This document shows positions 52,982 to 58,610 of a stretch of 58,610 nucleotides of DNA, piece by piece. A program made the position numbers and the translations under genes. Where the stretch lies: NCBI GenBank assembly GCA_929200315.1, contig CAKMZB010000003.1:161596-220205 (forward strand). Direction: 5' to 3'. This stretch comes from an uncultured Alphaproteobacteria bacterium (lineage in GTDB: Bacteria; Pseudomonadota; Alphaproteobacteria; Rhizobiales; Rhizobiaceae). The first letter of the stretch is position 1. Each line of letters begins with the position of its first letter. Under the pieces are notes generated by a model. That model ran no database searches, had not been told where the DNA came from, and saw only the letters and a list, made by a program, of their open reading frames with translations.

Positions 52982-54214
52982 CTAGATCGCCTCACCATTG
53001 AGCAGCAGTGGGTTCCCCTCCCCGCGCCCAGCGGCCTGGGAGATGAAGGCCTGTTTCAGGCTCGGCATCCGGTCGACAATGCCAAGGCCAACCGTGCGCA
53101 GGGCACGCAGTGGGCCAATATCGTTGGAGAAGAGCCGGTTCAGCACATCCGTCACGACACCCATCTGCACCGTGTCGAAACGCCGCCAGCGCTCATAGCG
53201 CTCCAGCACCGTAACCGCACCGATGTCGAGCCCAAGCCGGTCGGCTTCAACAATGGTTTGCGCCAAAGCTGCTGCATCCTTGAAACCGAGATTGAGGCCT
53301 TGCCCCGCAATTGGATGAATGCCATGGGCGGCATCCCCTATCAGCGCAAAGCGCGGGCGCACAAAATCCCGCGCCAGGGTCAGACCAAGGGGGAAGGCCT
53401 TGCGCGGCCCCGCCACTTCGAAAGCACCAAGCTTGTGGCCGAAGCGGGTTTCCAGCTCCAGCTCGAAGGTGAAATCGTCGGCCGCCATCAGCCGCTTGGC
53501 CACATCTGTCGGTTCAGTCCAAACCAGCGAGGTACGCTTGCCCTTTAACGGCAGCGTCGCGAAGGGGCCTCCGGGAAGGAAATGCTCTTCGGCCCGGCCT
53601 TCATGGTCACGCTCATGGGAGAGGGTGGTTACGATGCCCATCTGGTCATAGGCCCTGCGCACGGTGCGGATACCCGCCTGGCTGCGGAGCGCGGAATTCA
53701 CGCCATCGGCTGCAATAAGCAAAGCAGCCTTGGCCGTTTTGCCGGAACCAAAGGTAACGGTCGTTTCACCCGCACTGGTCTCAAAGCCCGCCACCGTTTC
53801 CTCATGGACAAGCTCAATCCCGAGCTCCTCGGCCCGCTTACGCAGCGCGCCAACCATCTTTTTGTTCGGCACCATATGGGCGAAAGGTTCGCCTCCAACC
53901 TCCTTACCACCTTCGCGACCCGCCTCACCAAAAGTGAGAAAAACCGGGCGGACGGGATCGTTGGTGCGGGAATCGGTCACAACCATTTCATTGATCGGTT
54001 GGGCGTCTTTCAACAGCCTTTTCCAGATGCCGAGCTGGTCCAGCATTCGCGCAGCGGCGGCTGCGATGGCGGAAGCGCGCTCATCTTTTTCCAGCGCGGA
54101 ACGGGGGGCAGCGTCCACCAGGGTGATGGGAATATGCGGCGCGCTCGCCTTGATCGCCACGGCGACACAAAGGCCCACATAGCCCCCGCCCGCGATGATG
54201 ATGTCGTTGGCCAT
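52982..54214 (-). CDS. UbiH/UbiF/VisC/COQ6-family FAD-dependent ubiquinone-biosynthesis hydroxylase
   Basis: MANDIIIAGGGYVGLCVAVA (GxGxxG) at the preferred ATG start at 54214, plus a flavoprotein monooxygenase fold. The ORF track extends to 54376. Confidence 0.82.
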   Translation of the reverse strand: MANDIIIAGGGYVGLCVAVAIKASAPHIPITLVDAAPRSALEKDERASAIAAAAARMLDQLGIWKRLLKDAQPINEMVVTDSRTNDPVRPVFLTFGEAGREGGKEVGGEPFAHMVPNKKMVGALRKRAEELGIELVHEETVAGFETSAGETTVTFGSGKTAKAALLIAADGVNSALRSQAGIRTVRRAYDQMGIVTTLSHERDHEGRAEEHFLPGGPFATLPLKGKRTSLVWTEPTDVAKRLMAADDFTFELELETRFGHKLGAFEVAGPRKAFPLGLTLARDFVRPRFALIGDAAHGIHPIAGQGLNLGFKDAAALAQTIVEADRLGLDIGAVTVLERYERWRRFDTVQMGVVTDVLNRLFSNDIGPLRALRTVGLGIVDRMPSLKQAFISQAAGRGEGNPLLLNGEAI

Positions 54215-54356
54215 ACCGGCTCTCCCGCTCTCGCCCGTGCTGCTGCTTCTTGACAGGCGGCACGTCGCCCGCGCAACTCGGCACATCGTCACACCTGATA
54301 TGGGGCTATACCGCCCCAAGACCAGATCCAGAAGTTTAAAGACAGCCGAAAAACCC

Positions 54357-55289
54357 ATGACCAGCGACAGCCCCAACGAAGATCAAGAACAGGAAACCGG
54401 TGGCCGCAGCCCCATGGAACGGTTGCTCGATTATCTCGATCTGGAGAAGATTGAGCAGAACATTTATCGCGGCACGGGACCGAAAACCGGCTGGCAGCGG
54501 GTTTTCGGGGGGCAGGTGATTGCCCAGGCTCTCGTCTCTGCGCAGCGCACGGTGGAGGAGGAGCGGCCCGTCCATTCTCTGCACGGCTATTTCCTGCGCC
54601 CCGGCGACCCGCAGGTGCCGATCGTCTATGAGGTTGACCGCATCCGCGATGGCGGCTCCTTCACGACCCGCCGCGTGCAGGGGATCCAGCACGGACGGCC
54701 GATCTTTTCCATGATCGCCTCCTTCCAGCTCGTGCAGGAGGGCCTCGCCTATGAAATGCCGATGCCGGAGGTTCCCGCTGCGGAAACATTGCCGAGCCAG
54801 GCGGAGCTTGCCGAGAAATTTGCCGAACACATTCCCGAAGGCTTGCGCCGCTGGCTTGCCCGCCCGCGCCCCATCGAATTGCGCCTCACCAGTTACGAGC
54901 ATTTCATATCCGACAAGAAGCTAGAACCGCAGCAATATTGCTGGCTGCGCGCCACCGGTCCGGTGCCCACAGGGTCAGCTGCGGCACAGCAGGTGCAGGC
55001 AGCTTTGCTGGCCTATGCCAGCGACATGACGCTATTGGATACGGCGCTCTACCCCCATGGGCGCAAAATTTCTGACCCGAGCCTGCAGGTCGCTTCCCTC
55101 GACCATGCCATGTGGTTCCATCAGGACATCGACCTCAACGATTGGCTGCTCTTTGCCCAGGATACCCCAACCTCCTCCGGTGGGCGTGGCATGACACGGG
55201 GGATGCTTTTCAACATGAAAGGCACCCTCGTCGCCTCCTGCACTCAGGAGGGTTTGATCCGACCGGTGGTCAGAAAGCCTAAAAAATAG
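54357..55289 (+). CDS. tesB: Acyl-CoA thioesterase II
   Basis: ..LEKIEQNIYRGTGPKTGWQRVFGGQVIAQAL...VHSLHGYFLRPGD...SFTTRRVQGIQHGRPIFSMIASFQ closely follows the E. coli TesB pattern. Confidence 0.88.
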   Translation: MTSDSPNEDQEQETGGRSPMERLLDYLDLEKIEQNIYRGTGPKTGWQRVFGGQVIAQALVSAQRTVEEERPVHSLHGYFLRPGDPQVPIVYEVDRIRDGGSFTTRRVQGIQHGRPIFSMIASFQLVQEGLAYEMPMPEVPAAETLPSQAELAEKFAEHIPEGLRRWLARPRPIELRLTSYEHFISDKKLEPQQYCWLRATGPVPTGSAAAQQVQAALLAYASDMTLLDTALYPHGRKISDPSLQVASLDHAMWFHQDIDLNDWLLFAQDTPTSSGGRGMTRGMLFNMKGTLVASCTQEGLIRPVVRKPKK

Positions 55290-55406
55290 GCACAACTATC
55301 GAACCGCAGTATTTCTGAATAAATTTTGGGCAATCATGCCGCAATACGACACGGTCTATCTCGCTTCGTTCGGATTCAGTCAATGAATCCAACCGCTCTC
55401 CAAAAC

Positions 55407-55422
55407 TGGCACGCATCTTGAT
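55407..55422 (+). promoter_or_regulatory. Possible sigma-54 (-24/-12) promoter upstream of glnK
   Basis: TGGCAC-gcatc-TTGA, about 80 nt upstream of the glnK ATG. The -12 element is imperfect (TTGA vs TTGC). Confidence 0.25.
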
Positions 55423-55502
55423 TGGTATGCAGCAACGGGCTGCGTGCCCGGGGAAATGCGGGCTGCACAATGGCGGTCTGCCAACTGGAGAGAGCGAATA
55501 TC

Positions 55503-55841
55503 ATGAAGCTGATTACGGCTATCATCAAACCGTTCAAGCTCAACGAAGTCCGTGATGCCCTGTCTGCCATTGGCGTGGCTGGGCTGACCGTTACCGAGGT
55601 CAAAGGCTACGGACGTCAAAAAGGGCAGAGCGAAATCTACCGCGGCGCAGAATATGCCGTGCATTTCTTGCCGAAACTCAAATTGGAAATCGCAGTGGAT
55701 ACCCCGCTTGCGACGCAGGTCGTCGACACGGTCCGCGAAAGCTCCACAACCGGCCAAATCGGCGACGGAAAGATTTTCGTCATGGATCTGGACCAGGCCG
55801 TGCGCATCCGCACCGCCGAAACCGGCGCCGACGCGCTGTAG
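55503..55841 (+). CDS. glnK: Nitrogen regulatory protein P-II
   Basis: 112 aa MKLITAIIKPFKLNEVRDAL...T-loop RYRGAEY..; the uridylylation site Tyr51 is present. Followed by amtB. Confidence 0.93.
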   Translation: MKLITAIIKPFKLNEVRDALSAIGVAGLTVTEVKGYGRQKGQSEIYRGAEYAVHFLPKLKLEIAVDTPLATQVVDTVRESSTTGQIGDGKIFVMDLDQAVRIRTAETGADAL

Positions 55842-55857
55842 CATCAGGGGAAATCAG

Positions 55858-57171
55858 ATGAAAAAGTTAAGCATTCCCGGCCTCACCGCGCTCTTCGCGC
55901 TGGCGCCATCCATCGCCCTCGCACTGGATGCCGTAGGCACTGTCGACAAGGGTGACACTACATTCATGATGCTAAGCACCATTTTGGTGCTCTTCATGAT
56001 CCTTCCCGGCCTCGCTCTCTTCTATGGTGGCCTTGTACGCTCCAAAAACATGCTGTCGGTTCTGATGCAGTGCACCACCATCACTGCAGCCGTCATCGTG
56101 ATCTGGGTTACCTACGGCTATTCCTTCGCGTTTGGCGGAAGCACCAGCCCGTTCTGGGGTGGAACAGCCAAGCTGTTCCTCGCAGGAGTGAATGGCGACA
56201 GTCTTGCCGCCACCTTCACAGAGGGTGTGATGATCCCGGAATGGGTCTTCATCTGTTTCCAAATGACATTTGCATGCATCACACCTGCATTGATTGTGGG
56301 AGCCTTTGTGGAGCGCATCAAGTTCTCCTCACTCATGGTTTTCATCGTCCTTTGGGTAACGCTTGTCTATTTTCCTGTTGCCCACATGGTTTGGGATAGT
56401 TCTGGCTACATCTTCAACCTCGGGGCGCTCGACTTTGCAGGCGGCACGGTGGTTCACATCAACGCCGGTATCGCAGCGCTGGTGGGTTGCCTCATCCTTG
56501 GCCCCCGCCTTGGCTACGGCAATGACATGCTTGCCCCACATTCGATGACGCTAACGCTGGTCGGCGCAGCCATGCTCTGGGTCGGTTGGTTCGGATTCAA
56601 TGCAGGCTCAAACCTGGAGGCAACCTCCGGTGCTGCTTTGGCGATGATCAACACCTTCACGGCCACGGCCGGTGCGATCCTTGCCTGGGTGATCCTTGAA
56701 GCGGCGCTGCGCAAGCAGGCCTCCGCGCTCGGCGCGGCCTCTGGCCTGGTTGCCGGTCTGGTTGCGGTAACACCAGCGGCCGGTTCGGTCGGGCCCATGG
56801 GCGCAATTGTGCTTGGTGCGGTTGCAAGCGTGGTTTGCTACTTCTTCGTCTCCACCGTCAAATTGCGCTTCAATTACGACGACAGCCTGGACGTTTTCGG
56901 CATCCACGGGATTGGCGGCATCGTGGGCGCAGTCGGAACCGGCATCTTCACGGCTCCCTCGCTGGGTGGAATTGGCGATGAGGACTATTCCATCATCGCA
57001 CAGACCACGACCCAGATCTGGGCTGTGCTCATCACCATCGTGTGGTGTGGCGTTATCTCCGCCATCCTGTTCTTCATTGTGAAGGCGTTGATGGGACTTC
57101 GGGTCGACCCGACAACCGAACTGCAGGGGCTGGACTTGGCATCGCACGGTGAGCGCGCCTACCACTACTAA
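55858..57171 (+). CDS. amtB: Ammonium transporter
   Basis: Start MKKLSIPGLTALFALAPSIALA (signal peptide) at 55858. Amt family 11-TM core. The ORF track begins earlier, in the glnK region. Confidence 0.92.
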   Translation: MKKLSIPGLTALFALAPSIALALDAVGTVDKGDTTFMMLSTILVLFMILPGLALFYGGLVRSKNMLSVLMQCTTITAAVIVIWVTYGYSFAFGGSTSPFWGGTAKLFLAGVNGDSLAATFTEGVMIPEWVFICFQMTFACITPALIVGAFVERIKFSSLMVFIVLWVTLVYFPVAHMVWDSSGYIFNLGALDFAGGTVVHINAGIAALVGCLILGPRLGYGNDMLAPHSMTLTLVGAAMLWVGWFGFNAGSNLEATSGAALAMINTFTATAGAILAWVILEAALRKQASALGAASGLVAGLVAVTPAAGSVGPMGAIVLGAVASVVCYFFVSTVKLRFNYDDSLDVFGIHGIGGIVGAVGTGIFTAPSLGGIGDEDYSIIAQTTTQIWAVLITIVWCGVISAILFFIVKALMGLRVDPTTELQGLDLASHGERAYHY

Positions 57172-57199
57172 GCGGTGGCCAACAACACCCACCAAATAA

Positions 57200-57231
57200 G
57201 CCGCGTCGGGCAACCGGCGCGGCTTTCTCAT
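57200..57231 (+). terminator. Rho-independent terminator after amtB
   Basis: GCCGCGTCGG-gcaa-CCGGCGCGGC (10-bp stem, GNRA-like loop) followed by TTTCTCAT. Confidence 0.7.
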
Positions 57232-57349
57232 GTTCGCCACACGCTTAAACCCATCCTGGATGGTTAAGCGCCCTTTAACCGCGTCTGTTTAACAATGACC
57301 GCCTGACAGGAACCCCGTGCGCCAACGCATGGGGAAATGGGGTCTTGGT

Positions 57350-58610
57350 ATGCAGGCTTTGGGTGCGAGTGAGAGCGAGGGGGCAAGGCAGCCCCGTGAG
57401 AGCGTCGGTCTTGGCGATATTTTCCGCGCCCTGACCCCGGCCCCAATCCGCGCGCTTTTCTCCTGGCTTTCCGCCTGGGCCGCCCTTGGCCTTAGCGCCC
57501 TTGGCGCATTGGCGCTTGCAACATGGGCCGCATCCGACCCGAGCCTGACCTTCGCCCATGGTGGTGAAACGCAAAACTGGCTTGGCTTCTGGGGCGCGAG
57601 GTTTTCTGATCTGGCTTTTCAGTTTGTCGGCCTTGGTGCCGTTTTGATTGTGATATTGCCCGTTGTGTGGGCGCTGCACCGGATCAGCCGCCGTTCCCTT
57701 GGGCGGCTGCGCATGCGGGTAATATACGCCCTCATCAGCATCAACGCAGCAACCACTGCGCTGGCCTGCATTCAGGTGCCAGACGGCTGGCCGCTGCGCC
57801 AGAGTGTCGGGCTCGGGGGTGTTATTGGCGATGCGTGGCTTACATTCCCCCGTGCATTTCTTGGCACCTACCCGCAGGGGCTAACCGCAGCTGTCCTCTT
57901 TGCACTTTTCATGATGATTGGAGGTTACGCCTTGCTGCGTGCAACCAACCTCCACAGGGGTCTGCAGCCCTCCGCTCGTGAGGCAAAGGCTGTTTCTCAG
58001 GAGCCGCTGGTTCAGGCGGCGAACCATGATCTCTACGGCCAGTACGATTTCGACGATGAGGGCGAGGGCAGTGGCCTTGGCGCCCGCGTCTCAGCCCTTT
58101 TGGGGCAAGTTCTGCACTTTGCCTATTGGGCCGGATCGCTCCTGCCCAAGCGCAGGGCCAAGCCCCGCACCCAACACCAGGAACCGGCCTTTGTCACTGA
58201 GGTTGCTGCGGGGCATGGTCCCGCGCCGGAAGCCGCTTTCCTGCGCAACAGCAACCTGCCGCCTCTCGGCGCACCGCAGGATGATGCGGCCCCAATCGGC
58301 GCACAACTTGAAGTGAATGAAGCGGCGATGATCACTCCTGCCGCGGATACGCAGGTGAGTTACGCGCCTTCCATCGTGCTGCCCCGTGGCGACGCCTTAC
58401 CGCCTGAAGAGCAAGTTGCCGCACCCAACTTTGACGGCACAGCCGCCGCGCCCGTCCCGCAGGCCGCAGCGCCCATGCGCCGAACGGCGACCCCGGCCAG
58501 GACCGCGCCACAGGGAGCAGCGTTCCAACTGCCTTCGCTGGATCTTCTCTCCCTGCCACAAAACCTCATTGATGACCCGTCACTTTCCAATGAAGCTCTG
58601 GCGGAGAACG
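57350..58610 (+). CDS. ftsK: DNA translocase FtsK. N-terminal 4-TM domain and the start of the Pro/Ala-rich linker are in the window; the ORF continues past the window end.
   Basis: Open frame from the ATG at 57350 to the window end. N-terminal TM segments (..LFSWLSAWAALGLSALGALALA.., ..FVGLGAVLIVILPVVWAL..) are followed by a low-complexity linker ending ..FQLPSLDLLSLPQ... The ORF track omits it because it has no stop. Confidence 0.85.
   Translation, partial: MQALGASESEGARQPRESVGLGDIFRALTPAPIRALFSWLSAWAALGLSALGALALATWAASDPSLTFAHGGETQNWLGFWGARFSDLAFQFVGLGAVLIVILPVVWALHRISRRSLGRLRMRVIYALISINAATTALACIQVPDGWPLRQSVGLGGVIGDAWLTFPRAFLGTYPQGLTAAVLFALFMMIGGYALLRATNLHRGLQPSAREAKAVSQEPLVQAANHDLYGQYDFDDEGEGSGLGARVSALLGQVLHFAYWAGSLLPKRRAKPRTQHQEPAFVTEVAAGHGPAPEAAFLRNSNLPPLGAPQDDAAPIGAQLEVNEAAMITPAADTQVSYAPSIVLPRGDALPPEEQVAAPNFDGTAAAPVPQAAAPMRRTATPARTAPQGAAFQLPSLDLLSLPQNLIDDPSLSNEALAEN

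Noticed and set aside
55410-55500. NtrC-binding sites upstream of glnK
   Set aside because: Partial TGC/GCA dyads are present (e.g. ctgcgtgcccggggaaatgcgggctgcac) but do not fit the TGCACC-N5-GGTGCA consensus well enough to call.

Overview
58.6 kb of high-GC (~60%) chromosomal DNA from an alphaproteobacterium. The gene order points to Hyphomicrobiales/Rhizobiales: TIGR02300-aroA, cysG-DUF2849-cysI-DUF934, lnt-XRE-metK-trmB, rpmH-rnpA-yidC, ybbN-LonN and glnK-amtB-ftsK. Almost all of it is tightly packed core metabolism and housekeeping. I call 55 protein-coding genes with confidence (two are partial at the window edges) plus one integrase pseudogene, two canonical tRNAs (Ala-GGC, Gly-GCC), a pair of unusual tRNA-like structures, two copies of an ~85-bp palindromic intergenic repeat, and two intrinsic terminators.

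I see no obvious defence island, CRISPR array or intact mobile element. The accessory-like content is small: a low-GC remnant with a frameshifted short tyrosine recombinase next to tRNA-Ala, and the two MITE-like repeats.

The items I rank highest for follow-up are:
- Two overlapping tRNA-like structures at 47146-47288: a 71-nt element ending in RCCA with an 8-bp acceptor helix but a degenerate D/anticodon region, fused to a tRNA-Met(CAT)-like gene whose acceptor stem has two mismatches. A GC-rich structured segment precedes them.
- A secreted di-heme DUF1111 protein coupled through overlapping stop/start codons (TGATG) to a CRTAC1-like FG-GAP/ASPIC-UnbV protein.
- A FadD-type acyl-CoA ligase with an ~80-aa histone-H1-like AKP-repeat N-terminal tail.
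- A histidine kinase with no adjacent response regulator, sitting 18 nt downstream of a pyridine-nucleotide-disulfide oxidoreductase gene.
- A YiiX-like permuted papain-fold hydrolase whose stop overlaps the start of an alpha/beta hydrolase.
- infC using an AUU start codon.

The ORF track contains many long antisense ORFs. These are high-GC artefacts and are recorded in noticed_but_rejected.
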